Shown: positions 13,587 through 27,003, counted from the first letter of the stretch. The stretch: 64,000 nucleotides of DNA from Octopus sinensis (GCF_006345805.1 NC_043010.1:40734001-40798000), one strand, 5' to 3'. The notes: generated from the letters alone by a model not told the origin. Program-made: numbers and translations.

Positions 13587-13972
13587 CAAGAGGGGACGAA
13601 CAAGGACAGACAAGGAGATTAAGTCGATTACATTGATCCCAGTGCGTAACTGGTACTTATTTAATCAACCTTAAAAGGATGAAACGCAAAGTCGACCACG
13701 TCGGAATTTGAACTCAGAACGTAGCGGCAGACGAAATACCTATTTCTTTACTACCCACAAGGGGCTACACACAGAGGGGACAAACAAGGACAGACAAACG
13801 GATTAAGTCGATTACATCGACCCCAGTTCATAACTGGTACTTATTTAATCGACCCCGAAAGGATGAAAGGCAAAGTCGACCTCGGCGGAATTTGAACTCA
13901 GAACGTAGCGGCAGACGAAATACCACAAGGCATTTCGCCCGGCGTGCTAACAACTCTGCCAGCTCGCCGTCT
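13587..13972 (-). mobile_element. SINE family A dimer, 184-bp period
   Basis: TTAAGTCGATTACAT at 13619 and 13803; junction GAAATACC|TATTTCTTTACTACCCACAAGGGG at 13740/13741. Confidence 0.9.
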
Positions 13973-14892
13973 TTTATTCCTACATCTCTACTATTGCCGT
14001 TGTTAATGCTGTTGAGCTGATACTGTTGATAGTTACGATGATACAGACGTTGATGATTCTCTTGTTTTAGTTGTTATTGCTGTTGTTGATATTGTTGATG
14101 ATGTGGTGAATAATTATGTTACTGCCTTTGCTGCCGTTTTTGATTATCCTATCCCTATTGTTGTTGATATTACGGTTACTGTTGTTATTCTTGTAGCTGT
14201 TGTTTAGCTTTTCGAATGGCTCTATCCATCTATAGACGTCTACAGTTACCATTTCAGCAGCTCTGTTGATTTGAAACGTGATTCCTTTTCAGTATCGCAT
14301 TTATTTTGTTATTCCTTGGAGATAAGCCATATGCGATAGGCCAGGGTCATACCCAAGAAAGAATATGGTGTCTAATCAATTCACAATCTGGAAAGTAGAG
14401 ATAAGCTCCGGTTTGACTGACTTTCTTTATAGCTCATCCCTTGTTAATAATTAACAGTATACCGATACGAACATATTTGATGCAGTAAATAGGTGTGGGG
14501 GAGAAATGCTTCACTAAAGATTCTCCTCTTTCAGCTGAAAACTTGAGGTTATCACTACATCCAAACAGCTGGTCCAAATGCAGTAGGAAAAATAAATACA
14601 TCTGCGAGGATCTGAACAGAAAGCACCCCGCCATGGTCCGAATTTTGTTTTCACTGTCATATCAACGCATCTCTACAAACCGGAATCCATTGAACGGCTT
14701 TCGTTCTCTCATATGAAATAGCACGAACGTTAGCTCTCTCAACACAACCTTCTTACACCGAATCGGAGAAATAATCGAGCGCCATTTTTGCCGCCAAGCG
14801 CATTGCTCTTCTAACCTGCTGACTTGTTCCTTTTCTTATCATTTTCTTCCATGCCGTGAACCACGCATTCAGCGTTCTATGAATATTGATTT

Positions 14893-15285
14893 CAAATTTC
14901 GGCACAAATCCCGCAAATTCGGAGGAGGGGATAAGTCAAATAAATCGACTCCAGTGCTTAACTGGTACTTAGTCGATCTCAGCAGAATTTGAACTCAGAT
15001 TGTAAAGACAACCAAATGTTGCCGAGCGCTTAGTCCAGCGTGCTAACGATTCTTAATTCTTTACTACCCACAAGGGGCTAAACACAGAGAGGACAAATAA
15101 GGACAGACAAACAGATTAAGTCGATTATATCGACCCCAATGCGTAACTGGTAATGATTTAATTTACCCCGAAAGGATGAAAGGTAAAGTCGACCTCGGCG
15201 GAATTTGAACTCAGAATGTAACGGCAGACGAAATACCGCAAAGCATTTCGCCCGGCGTGCTAACGATTCTGCCAGCTCGCCGACT
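14893..15285 (-). mobile_element. SINE family A, two adjacent copies
   Basis: Two central domains; junction GCTAACGATTCT|TAATTCTTTACTACCCACAAGGGG near 15055. Confidence 0.85.
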
Positions 15286-16861
15286 TACGTTTTATTAATA
15301 TTAACTATGCAGATCACAAATTTGTAGACAGTGTAGTCGACCAGTCGAAATTTTTTAAAACTTAGCTATCTTTAGCTGCCGAATTAAATACTCTATCTGG
15401 ATAAACTGACGCAATTTGCTTTCATGCACATTTCCACATTCGAAAAATAGAGTTGATACACGTCAGAAAACAAACTATATCAAGAGAGTCATCAATTTTT
15501 GACTAATTGAATGACATGACATAGCCACGAACGCTTACGGGCATCCTGAAGAAATCAGACCACCCGCTGCAGTTCATAAAAAACGGTTACTAGTTTGAAT
15601 GCTGCGCCTTTTCTGTTGAGTATGCCGATGGCTAGTGATTTACAATACTATTCTACATAGATTACCCATGCTTCTAGATCCAAATATTCGTAAGCAACAT
15701 TTCTACTCCTTTCGATTCGACTAAGAGATACGTTCACCTCGTTGTCATAGAAGCTGATCGATGCACGTGTATTTATTTATATCGTCTGTATTGTTTCGTC
15801 TACAAGGACAGCACTCATTTGTAGGTTAAGGTTTTCTACTTCGAAAATACGGCAACATTTTATGCTGTTACACTTTCTGCTTCATCTTCTGTTGTTGTTA
15901 CTATCATGTTGGCTGCACGTTCGGGTTTACTTTATTTTAGCCCCCAGTGGTTGGCGCTACTGCAAGTACACACCCTGACCCTCCTGTTTTTCTATCAAAA
16001 TACTTATCCCCACTCTCCAAATAATGTTGGTGATCTCTCCTCTCGCATACTTTTACGCTTGAGTCTCTGCACTGCCATTCTGTGTTCCCACTAGTTCTTT
16101 TAGGGTGTTGAAATCGAGTTGACAGTCTCCTGATACTCCTTATGAGATATCAGTTATCCCCTGCCTCGTACAGAACAGCAGTAATAAACACTCATCGAAA
16201 GAGCATGCTCGACAATTTACGTAGCTTCCTCGTTGCTAAAGCATGAGACCAACACTGTCCCATATGGCTTTCTTTTCATAACCTGCCATGTGCTCCGCTT
16301 CACTTCCTTCATTTTCACAAACAATATACAAACAGGTGGAAAAGCAAAGGTGCAACAACAACAGCAACAACAATATCGGTTGGTGCAACAACTGTCACTT
16401 TTTACTGTTTAATTCTAGGTCAGACTTGATGTCGCAAGTCCAAGATCAAAGGCATATCATACCTTAATATTTCTGTCGGATTTCAGATTTATCTGGATTT
16501 CTCACTTCGACCTTAAGTTACTTTTAGCAGAGCCCGTTCTGTTGACATCAATCGAGCCACCTATCCTGCTTTTCTCTCTTTTTGACCGTTTCCGAAAAGA
16601 ATCCCTTATAAATAGTCACGAACGCTCTCCTTCCTCATCTGATAATCTCGTGGGGAAAAAAAAAAAACTACATTTCTGAACTCGGAAGATTTGGCTGCTA
16701 TTACGAGCAGGTCGAATCACTACGTAGAAAGTCGTTGGCGTCTTGACGTTGTTATTGCAGTTGTTAATGTGGTTTCGACCGAGATCAGTTCTGATGCAGG
16801 GTACCTATGCAAAAAAGTTGTTCCTACCATGTCCAGACCATCTTTTCTTTAAACATTTAAT

Positions 16862-17200
16862 TGGGACTGAGACCCCCTTCGGTCACGACACTGACCATGG
16901 GATTGCACCTAGAACGTTACCCTCCCAGGCACAAGTCCGGGCAAGGTTGTTTATGGAAGACCAGCAGTCGTCCATTCACACCGGCCTCCCCTCTCCACAC
17001 CACCAGTGTTATCCAAGGGAAAGGCAAGGGCCGATACAGCCTAGCACCTGTGATGTCACTACTCATTTCTACAGCTGAGTGAACTGGAGCAACGTTAAAT
17101 AAAGTGTCTTGCTCAAGAACACAACACGCAGCCCAGTCCGGAATTCGAGCTCACAACCTCACCATCGTAAGCTCTAACCACTGAGCCATGCGCATTCAGT
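16862..17200 (-). mobile_element. tRNA-derived CORE-type SINE with tail 3
   Basis: Reverse complement: GCATGGCTCAGTGGTTAGAG head, TTGTGTTCTTGAGCAAGACACTTTATTTAACGTTGCTCCAG CORE, tail ending CCCATGGTCAGTGTCGTGACCGAAGGGGGTCTC. Confidence 0.85.
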
Positions 17201-18526
17201 ATGCAATATGGGACTACAGTATCCAATATGTCCTGTTCTTTTTTTTTTAACATGCCAGAAAGATTTAAGAAATATTTATTATTACTAGCAGGACGAAACA
17301 CTACAGAGCGGATTTGTCACTTATTTGTATTTAGTTTCAATTCCAGTTCATGCTCGTCTATTATTTTCTGTGTGCAGGGTGCCTACAACTATATTTTTCA
17401 GTGCGTTCTTTAAAAGATTGGGGCAAGATTTCTGATAGATTTTGCTGCTATTTCAAGCAAAGCTGGCGACCGGGAAGAGGTTCATTTGGAACTTGTCACA
17501 GCAGCTGCTGCACTTGCTGTTGTTACAGTTTTGTTGCTATAACAACTATTGTTGATGTTGTTTCTATTGCTCTTGATCAAAAATAATTCACCCATTACCA
17601 TCCAGTACTTTTGTTTTCTCGGGGTTAATTCATTGTGTATTGCGTACTTCTTTTTAATAAAACAATACGGAGTGATTTCTAGTAGAATTCGCTACTATTT
17701 CTAGGAAATTGAGTGACCACGTACAGGTTCTTTCGTTGATTCATCAATATTTATTGTCGTCAGTGTTCAGCTGCAATTTCTATTGTTTTGGTTTAATCTG
17801 CTGCTATTTACGGTGCTGATGTTGCAATTTTTGGTGCTGGTATCGCAGTTTTCGTTGCTGCTGCTGTTTATTATACTACTGCTGTTGTTTTGGATGCTAC
17901 TATTTCTGCTGCAGAAGCTTTCTGTTGCTGCCGCTGCTATATTTACCGTTGCTGCTGTAGATGCCGTTTTACCGCCACTTCTGCTACGCTTCGTCTATTG
18001 AACAACAGATGCCGCTGCAATCGACGCTGAATGTAATGTTGCTACTCGTTGCTCAGCCGTTTGTTGCATTATAAAGCGTGTTATACGATGGATTGATTCG
18101 GTCCCTAATATATTACTGGTATTTATTTTGTTGTCCATTGGAAGGTTGAAAAGTGAATGCGAAATCAACTCTGAAATCAATATAAGAAGTAAACATAACT
18201 TTCACAAGCCAATTTGTCCGTTGTTCCACCGATTCTTGTATCCTCTGATCTATCAACGACAACAAAAACAAAATTGTGCTAGTGGTGGTGATGATAGTAG
18301 CGGTGCTGGTGGTGGTAGTGATATTTAACAGCAGGTCTGACCTAGTCAATCAGACTTATGATCAACAGACATAACAGCCAGGATTCTCACTTCTATCTTT
18401 GATTTATCATCTTTTAGCTGTTTCACTCATTAATGTGGCCATACTAGGGCACTGGCATGAAGAATTTTTAGCCGAATGAATCGACCCCACTAAGTTTTTT
18501 TTTAAACTTTTTTTAAGGCTGGTACT

Positions 18527-18798
18527 TCTACTACCGTACTACCGCCATCTTTTGCCGAACCTCCAAGTTACGAGGACGTCAACACAACACTGTTGGTTGT
18601 CAAGCGGTGGTGAGAAGGAAACAGAAACACACATACACACAAACACACACACACACATGCGACAGGCTTCTTTCAGTTTCCCTCTACCAAATCCATTCAC
18701 AAGGCTCCGGTGGGCCCGAGACTATAGTAGAAGACACTTGCCGAAAGTGCCAGCAATGGGACAGAACCCATAACCATGTGGTTGGAATTATGCTGTTG

Positions 18799-18800
<2 letters not shown>
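18527..18800 (-). mobile_element. SINE family C (CORE-type, internal microsatellite)
   Basis: Matches 34664-35058 in reverse. Confidence 0.8.
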
Positions 18801-18830
<30 letters not shown>

Positions 18831-19059
18831 CCCATCATCTAGCCTGTCATTTTTTTTGTTTGTTTTTTCACATAGAAGCGTGTCCGTTGGTTGTTCTTTC
18901 TGGATTGCTTGCCAGATCCCTTGTTTTCATGTAGTAATAGTTGTTGTTGTTCTTATTGTCGTTGCACCAGCTGATGCCGTCGTATTTGTTGGTCACTCTA
19001 TCACTCTTATTCTTGTTGCTTCGTTGTAATTGTTATTGATGTTTATGCTGTTGCAGTCG

Positions 19060-19458
19060 TTGCTGTTCTTACTGCTGTTGTTGTTGTGGTGGTGGTGGTG
19101 GTGCTGGTGATGGTGTTGTTGCTGTAGTTGTTGTTGTTGGTGGTGGTGTTGTTGCTGTAGTTGTTGTTGTTGTTGGTGGTGGTGGTGGTGCTGTTGTTGT
19201 TGGTGGTGGTGCTGTTGGTGGTGCTATTGTTGTTGTTGGTGCTGTTGTTGTTGTTGGTGCTGTTGTTGGTGCTGTTGTTGTTGTTGGTGTTGTTGGTGAT
19301 GTTGTTGTTGTTGGTGCTGTTGTTGGTGATGTTGTTGTTGGTGCTGTTGTTGTTGTTGTTGGTGATGTTGTTGTTGGTGGTGGTGATGCTGCTGTTGTTG
19401 TTGATGGTGCTGTTGTTGTTGATGGTGCTGTTGTTGTTGGTGCTGCTGTTGGTGGTGC

Positions 19459-19489
<31 letters not shown>

Positions 19490-19640
19490 GGTGGTGCTGT
19501 TGTTGTTGTTGTTGGTGCTGCTGTTGGTGGTGCTGTTGTTGTTGTTGGTGGTGGTGGTGCTGTTGTTGTTGTTGTTGGTGGTGGTGGTGCTGCTACTGTT
19601 GTTGTTGTTGGTGGTGGTGCTGTTGTTTTTGTTGTGATTT
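19060..19640. repeat. Compound trinucleotide repeat (GTT/GGT/GCT)n
   Basis: ~580 bp of mixed triplets; explains the poly-L/V ORF 19161-19637. Confidence 0.95.
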
Positions 19641-19944
19641 TTGTTCTTTTTTCTGCTTCTTTGTTACTGTTCTTCTTGGCCGCTCACGTTGTCGTTGATG
19701 TAGACGAGGCTGCTGCTGTTGTTCCTGCTGGGTGTTGCTCTTGGTGTTCATATTGTGTTTGCTGCTGTTGTTCGTTGTTGTTGCTACAATTTTTGTTGCT
19801 GTTATGATTGTTGTTGTTACCGAAGTTTGTTGTCATTGCCGTCGTTACAACAGTACTAGGTGTGTCTGTATGTGCTTTGTTACTGTTGTTGCGGTCGTTG
19901 TTATTGTATCATCGTTGTTATGTTATCGTTATTGAGTCACACAC

Positions 19945-20115
19945 GTTCTTATTTATCACCGATGTTGTCAGAGTTCAAATGTCGCCGAGGTCGTCTTTAC
20001 CTCTCATCCTTTCGGGGTCGATAAAATAAGGAGCATTTGAGTGCAGGGGTCAATATCTAATCGACTTATCCCACTCACACGAACCTGATGGCCTTGTAAA
20101 CACTTTGAAACCATT
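19945..20115 (+). mobile_element. SINE family A, partial
   Basis: GAGTTCAAATGTCGCCGAGGTCGTCTTTACCTCTCATCCTTTCGGGGTCGATAAAATAAG. Confidence 0.75.
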
Positions 20116-20467
20116 ATCAATGCTGCTGTCCATAGCGAACTGGCGGAAAAGTCACACTTGTGCTGTTAGTGGTGTCTTTACTTGAGATGCAGATATATCT
20201 CAATTAATGCGCGGAGAGGGACAGAAAATGGGGAACAAGGGAAAAGGAGAGAAATTCTAAGTTGTTTTAAAAAAAGGAAACAACTTGACTAACTTATGAA
20301 AAAAATAATAATAAAACTGTCTAATTCAGGCACAAGACATGAAATTTGAGTGGATGGAACTAGTTCATTACGTTGACCTCAGTGATTTACTGGTACTTAA
20401 TTTATCGACCTCGAAAGGATAAAAGGCAAAGTCGATATATATATATATATATCCATAAATATGCATA

Positions 20468-21742
20468 CGAGGGGCGTTCAATAAGTAATGCCCCTGACCC
20501 ACTTCCCATAGCAGTAGAGCAACGAAACTTGGCACAGTTATTAGTCTTTCTCTACATAGGAACTACCCAGAGTTACGCATTTCTCCCATCGTTTGATACA
20601 GCTCTGGAGACCGTTTTTTTTAGAAGACCCAGCTTGGTCCTCCAACCACGACGTGACTTCAGAAATCAAGGCTGAATCATCTGGAAAACGCTTTCGTTTC
20701 AAAAACAACTTCATGGTTGGGAAGAGGTGAAAATCAGAGGGTGCAAGGTCAGGAAAGTAGGGGGATGGGGGAGGAGTTCATAGCCGCACGCCTGTGCTTC
20801 TGATCTAGCGACAAGCGAGTTGTGGACCGGAGCGTTGTCCTGCAGGAGGAGGATGTCTTTGCTGATCTTGCCTCGCCTCTTGATTTTGATAGTTTCTCTT
20901 AATTTCCTCAAAAGTGAAGCATAATAGGCTCCTGTAATTGTGGTACCCTTTACCAGGAAATCTGTTATCAATACTCCGTCCTGGTTCCAGAAGACTGTGA
21001 GCATGACCTTGCCAGCGGAGGGCTGCACCCTTGCCTTCTTTGGAGGAGGTGAGTCACGGTGCTTCCACTGCATTGACTGGGCTTTGGTCTCTGGATCATA
21101 GTGATGGTCCCAGGTTTCACCCTGTGTAATCAGTCTTTTGAAAAATTTTGACTCATCTTCTTGGCACATCTCCAAATTCATCCTCGAGCACTCGACGCGT
21201 TCTTGCTTCTGGAAAGGTGTGAGCAACCTGGGAATCCATCTGGCAGGCACCTTTTGCATATGCAAATGGTCATGACTGATAGTTTCCACAGACCCGGTAC
21301 TAATCTTGACCTCGTGGGCTATTTGGCGAATAGTTATGCGTCGATCTTCCAAAATGGCAGCCTCAACTTGATGGACAGATGCCTCATCAATTGCAGAAGG
21401 GGGGGTGACCAGAGCTGGGAGCTGTTTCCACCGAGTTCCGACCATGTTTGAATTCACGATGCCAGCGTTTTACATGGTCATATGATGGGGCATCATTACC
21501 ATAAGTTACTTTCATTTCATCAAAAGTCTTCCGTGGTGTGCGTCCTTTCAAATACAAAAACCAGATCACACACTCGACACTCAAGAGGCTCCATTTCACA
21601 CCTGTAAATCAGAAACCCCAATTAGTTCAGAGCTGTAATTTGCCACCTAATCTATAGAGATATAAATAATACTACACGCAAACTTTCAGCTAGATCAAAC
21701 AAATGCAAGTGGGTCAGGGCATTACTTATTGAACGCCCCTCG
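20468..21742 (-). mobile_element. Full-length mariner DNA transposon (1275 bp, irritans-like TIR)
   Basis: ~36-bp TIRs CGAGGGGCGTTCAATAAGTAATGCCC(C)TGACCCACT differing by one indel; TA duplications at 20466-67 and 21743-44. Confidence 0.97.
20541..21594 (-). pseudogene. Mariner DD34D transposase, inactivated
   Basis: ATG at 21594 (MEPLECR), then WIPRLL, ITQGETW (first catalytic D->G), QDNAPVH-34 aa-YFPDLAPSDF, TAA at 20541; at least three frameshifts. Confidence 0.93.
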
Positions 21743-21744
21743 TA

Positions 21745-22985
21745 TATATGTATATATATATATGTATATATAACCATATATATATGCATATATATGTATA
21801 TACATGTATATATATATATATATTATATATATATATATGTATATATATGCATAATTATATGTATATGTATATATATGCATAATTATATGTATATGTATAT
21901 ATATGCATAATTATATGTACATATATATGCATATATATTTACATATATATGCATATGTATTTGTACATATATATGCATATGTATTTGTACATATATATGC
22001 ATATGTATTTGTACATATATATGCATATGTATATGTACATATATATGCATATGTATATGTACATATATATGCATATATATATATACGTATATATATATGT
22101 ATATATATATGCATATATATATATGTATATATATATGCATATATATATGCATATTATATGCATATATATATGCATGTATATATATATGCATATATATATG
22201 CATGTATATATATATGCATATATATATGCATGTATATATATATATGCATATATATAATGCATGTATATATGCATGTATATATATATGTATATATATATGC
22301 ATATATATATGCATGTATATATATATGCATATATATATGCATGTATATATATATGCATATATATATATGCATGTATATATATATGCATATATATATGCAT
22401 GTATATATATATGCATATATATATGCATGTATATATATATGCATATATATGCATGTATATATATGCATGCATATATATATGCATATATATATGCATGTAT
22501 ATATATATATGCATATATATATGCATATATATAGACATGTATATACATATGCATACATATCTATATACATATGTATATACATATGTATACATATCTATAT
22601 ACATATCTATATACATATGTATATATATATATGAATATATAGATGTATATATATATAAGTATATATAGATGTATATATGTAAGTATATATATATACATAT
22701 ACATATATATATATATATATAGATGCATATCTATGTATATATATACATATATATATCCATATATATATATGCATATATAAGTATATATGTATGCATATAT
22801 AAGTATATATGTATGCATATATAAGTATATATGTATGCATATATAAGTATATTTTTATGCATATATATATGTATATATATATATATGCATATATGTATGT
22901 ATGTATATATATATGCATATATGTATGTATGTATATATATATACATATATATATGTGTGTGTGTGTATATATATATATGCATATA
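21745..22985. repeat. 1.2-kb compound (TA)/(GCAT)/(GTAT) microsatellite
   Basis: Almost purely alternating purine-pyrimidine; source of all the Y/I/H/M ORFs at 21883-23057. Confidence 0.97.
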
Positions 22986-24235
22986 TTTTTTTTTATTTAC
23001 TTTCAGCTAATGAGCTGTGGCCATGCTGGGCCACCACCATTCGGTGTTGCTACATGATTTTACTTCACGAATACTTTTTAGCAATAGACATTTGGAGTAT
23101 GAGGGAGTTTGATGCAGCTGCCTTCATCTGCACCTCCTGCCGTGAAGTTCTCTTAGGTCCTTCGGGAGGATATTGAAGAGCTGTCGACCTCTGAAGCCCA
23201 GGCTATCACATTATCTTGTCCTACATCTTGATGGCAAATTTGGAGTCCTTGGCACTATGCAGTGGCGCCCAGTTCTAGTATTTGTGTAACTCTCGATGCC
23301 AAAGTTTGTGACAAGTCCTTCCAGGATCTCCCAGATGTATATTGTGGCATATCTTTCTCGCCTACGCGCTAAGGAATAGAGTTTTAATCTCTTGAGTCTT
23401 TCCCAATAGCTTATATGTTACACAGAGGCCATCTTCTTCGTATAGATTCATTGGATCACCTCAAGTTCTGTTATTAATTTGAGACTGGTTGGTGATCATA
23501 GCTGAGAGCAATAGTCAAAGTGGCTTAGGACAAGTGTCTTCCAGAGAACCATCATGGTTTCTTGTTCTCTTGTTCTAAAAGCTCTACTACTCCATCCGGT
23601 TAGCCGCCTACATTTCATTGCCAATTTAGCAACATGCACATGAAAGGTTGCATCATTACTCATGTAAATACCCAGATCTCGCACTTATTGTGCCTCTGGG
23701 ATTGCAATCCCTCCAGGTCCAGTGTATTTATTGGGTGTTGCATTTAGTTTTACATGCTGATAGCATAAAGCTTGAAACTTTTCAGCATTAAACTGCATGC
23801 TATTCTTTTCAGCCCACTTGTATATTTTGTCCATGTCACATTGCAGGTGCATAGTGTCTTCAGGGTTCTGTATTACCTGTGAAACTTTTGTATCATCTGC
23901 ATAACTTGTGATCGTGGCTCTCTGCGTGACTGAGGGCATGTCTGAGAGGGCCATTATGAACAGCAATGGTCCCAAATCAGTGCCTTGTGGAACACCGCTC
24001 ACTATTTGCGTGTTATTGGAGGTGGCCCCATTGGCTGCTACCACCTGATTTCTATCCTTCAGAAAGTCATGAAGCCATCCTCCCAATTTTCCAACTGTGC
24101 CAAGATCACGCAGTTTGTGGCATATCATTCCATGGTCGACTTTATCAGAGGCCTTTGCAAAGTCGAGATATGTCACTTTCACATTAGAGTGGTTGAGCAG
24201 CTGTTTCAGCACCCGGGCTGAGTTATATTTCAGGC
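22986..24235 (-). mobile_element. 5'-truncated CR1-group LINE (RT domain to 3' end), pseudogenised
   Basis: YLDFAKASDKVDHG, SGVPQGTDLGPLLF, YADDTK, VRDLGI, LVLSHFDYCSQL, SYWERLKRLKLYSL; several in-frame stops; 3' end ...CAGCTCATTAGCTGAAAGTAAATAAAAAAAAA. Confidence 0.9.
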
Positions 24236-24299
24236 CCTCAACTGTGGGGGTTTATGTGATTTTTGAACGCACCGAGAAGCCGTCAGTGGATATACCTTC

Positions 24300-25967
24300 T
24301 TTGCGGCAGTCGGCGCTGTGTGTAACACGATCCATCATCTGAAATTTGACACCTCTTTCGGGTTTGTTGTCCTACATCACCCATAAATAAGTTTGGAGGA
24401 ACTGTGATTGTTCCCTCATGGGTAACAGGGAACCAATGAGGTGATAGACTTGCCCTTGAACTTTGACGTCATCGAAAATCATGTTTATCTGTCTTCTTAG
24501 ATGCACCAAATGCAAAGTTGTATAGTCTGATATTGTTCAGAAAATCCTTTGACTGGATGGAAATGCTTTGTAGAAGATCCATAAGCGGTTGAGAAGGAGC
24601 TGGTAGTCTGACAATGTTTCCTGACCGCCTGAGCAACACATACCATTTGTTTCATTTAAAAATGTTAAAGCTGTACAGAAAAGACAATTTGTGTGTAGCA
24701 CACCAGTTTGGGCAGAGTAATTTTTATAAGAATATGATGGATCATATCTGAAAACAGCTTCAGGAGTTGTGAAGAACGAATTTGTACGTAGTCGGTTTCT
24801 GAGAGGTATTCTATTGGACCTCTGTCTAATCATTAAAACATTGATTTATTGATCCAGCATTAAGTGTTGCAACATACATTTGCTGATGTTGAGAAAATCT
24901 CATGTAGCTTCTCTCGACTTCGCTTTTCTACAGTCCTCCTTGCTTTATACTTGTTTCTGTAGAGATTACGTCATATTCTTTGGTGGTATATTTTTCCCAA
25001 TTTTGTAAACACAAAATTATGAACATAGAAAGAAATTACGCATTAATCCCCATTTTTTGTAAGCAGTTGTATCCGTGAAAATTTTCTTTCAAGAGATCAG
25101 AAATTGAAAGAACATAAGCGAAAAGAACAGAGAAAGTGAAAGATGTATGTACGTCTATATGTAATGGACGTCTGCGTGCACGTGTGTGTGAGTCTGTGTG
25201 TGCGTGCGTGCGTGCTTCTGCGTGTGTATCTGAGAAAGAAAGAGGGTGAGAATGAGAGATAGAGTGAGTGAGTGGGTGAAGTGTGTGTCGTGATGATTGA
25301 CGTCTGTTAAGGTACACGCACACATATAGAAAAAGTGACGTAATTGTATAAAATTTTTACGATAGTTGATTTATGGAAAAGATGTTAAACATTTGATATG
25401 CAAATATGTGAATGAAAATTAAGTTTAATTTGTAGCCAAAAGAGAACTGAATCTTTCGACACCCCATACGTCAAAATCTGTAACTCGGTTTTGGAAAGCA
25501 TAAGGAATATTTAATATCAAAGATGATGCAGACCTGTATATGGTAGCTATACCTGGTAGAAATAGCAGCCAAATCTCCCTCAAAACACCCCATTGTCTTA
25601 ATCCCATAATTCTGCTTATTATGTAGTTTGAATGAGAAACTGTAACTAAAGATTAAAATTATTAACCCCACAGAGAGAGGAAAGAAGAGAGACAGCATAG
25701 CGACGGTTTTGGCTGACTGTCATCCCGTACTCCTCTTGTTGCTAGCGAAATGGCATGAGCCGGCAGTCTGAGGAACTGGTTGTTTTAAGAGCGAAACAAG
25801 CAGGACATAAAGATTACAAAAATAACGATTCTCACTTTGAAATTAACGATTACGGAATGCCCAGCTCTCTCATGTAACCATGTTTTAAATTTCAGCGTGA
25901 TCGAATGAAAAATACTCGAATTATAAGCGCACACACATACAGACAGAACAGATTTTATATATTAAGA
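24300..25967 (-). mobile_element. Helitron 5' fragment with Rep N-terminal coding relic (~24340-25000)
   Basis: Minus frames give AVFRYDPSYSY, NETNGMCCSGG, FLNNIRLYNFAFGA, KVQGQVYHLIGSLLP and QFLQTY, typical of the Helitron Rep N-terminus. Putative 5' end A|TCTTAATATATAAAA at 25967 is less certain. Confidence 0.75.
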
Positions 25968-26015
25968 TATACATATATATATATATTTATATATATATAT
26001 ATATATATAGAGAGA

Positions 26016-26452
26016 GATCGCAGTTTCGATTCTCAGACCGAGCATTGTGAGTGTTTATTGAGCGAAAACAACTAAAGTTCCACGAGGATCCGGCAGGGGT
26101 GGTGCTGTACTCTTTCGCCAGAACTTTCTCTCACTCTTTCTTCTGTTGGCCTGCTCACTTAGCCAGCGGGGTGGCATAATTTGAAGGCCAAAATAATGCG
26201 AAGCGCATTGTGACCAGTGATATGTAGCAACATCTGATAGCCTGATCGGTCAGGGTGATCATACATATATATATATATATATATATACACACAGATGTGT
26301 ATATATTTACATATATACATATTGAAATACACTCTGTGTCACGCTGAATCTTCCTGGGAACTACAGTAAGTGTACACGTGTCTGTGGAGTGCTCAGTCAC
26401 TTGCACGTTAATTTCTCAGCTGGACCCCTCGTCATCGTAATCGATGGAGTGC
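26016..26452 (+). mobile_element. SINE body B + tail 2, with internal (TA)n
   Basis: Matches 8259-8592. Confidence 0.8.
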
Positions 26453-26551
26453 TCCTATATGTTTATGTATATATCTTTGTATAAGTATATATGTATTTAT
26501 ATTCCTATATATACATACACGCACATGCGTACATATCTTTGTGTGTGTATA

Positions 26552-26784
26552 CAGCGTGTCTCAAAAAGATGTACTCACTCTTTGACCACCCGGTTCTCAT
26601 GCATTTTGTGTTCAAGTATATGTTTATTTATATACGTACATTCCTAAAAAGTTAAAATTAATTCAGGAAAATAAATTGTTGAGGAAAGGATTATTTAATA
26701 TCATTTAGAATTATTGAAAATGATAAAAAAAAAACGTCTGTAATCGTCTGTCAAAGTGTGAGTACATATTTTTGGGACACTCTG
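26552..26784. mobile_element. Tc1/mariner MITE (233 bp)
   Basis: TIRs CAGCGTGTCTCAAAAAGATGTACTCACTCTTTGAC / revcomp CAGAGTGTCCCAAAAATATGTACTCACACTTTGAC; TA on both sides. Confidence 0.9.
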
Positions 26785-26791
26785 TATATCT

Positions 26792-27003
26792 ATATATATA
26801 TGTGACCGCGTGTGTACCGTTGGCGATTTTTTTTCCTCCTTCTTCCCTTCTCCGGATCTTTCCTTTTCCTATGTTTCTGACGAAGAGCTGCGCTGGAAAC
26901 GTTAAACCCTCCTTCTTCCCTTCTTTCCTGAGCGTCCAATAATACTATATTTGTTCCACGTCCTCGCGTTGTTGTGTTTTCTCTTTGTTTGGAATAACTA
27001 AAC
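26792..27003 (+). mobile_element. Solo Penelope-like terminal repeat in (TA)n, with hammerhead motif
   Basis: GTTTCTGACGAAGAGCTGCGCTGGAAACGTTAAAC at 26873-26907; ends GTTTGGAATAACT + (TA)n. Confidence 0.8.

Noticed and set aside
13587-13972. Regularly spaced repeats resembling a CRISPR array
   Set aside because: The units are whole SINE copies with no unique spacers, the context is eukaryotic, and there are no cas genes.
14495-14512. Exact 18-mer GTGGGGGAGAAATGCTTC repeated at 61344-61361
   Set aside because: The flanks do not align; one such match in 64 kb is near chance expectation.
19161-19637. 158-aa poly-Leu/Val ORF (poly-Gln/His on the reverse strand)
   Set aside because: Pure trinucleotide repeat with no splice or start context; similar shorter tracts at 13370-13510 and 17760-18040.
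21883-23057. Long Y/I/H/M/C-rich ORFs on both strands (also 28529-30760, 37400-37993, 42731-43439, 53258-53685)
   Set aside because: Read-through of dinucleotide-type microsatellites that lack stop codons; no protein signal.
25765-25810. CTGAGGA...GAAAC hammerhead-like spacing
   Set aside because: Stems I and III cannot be formed.
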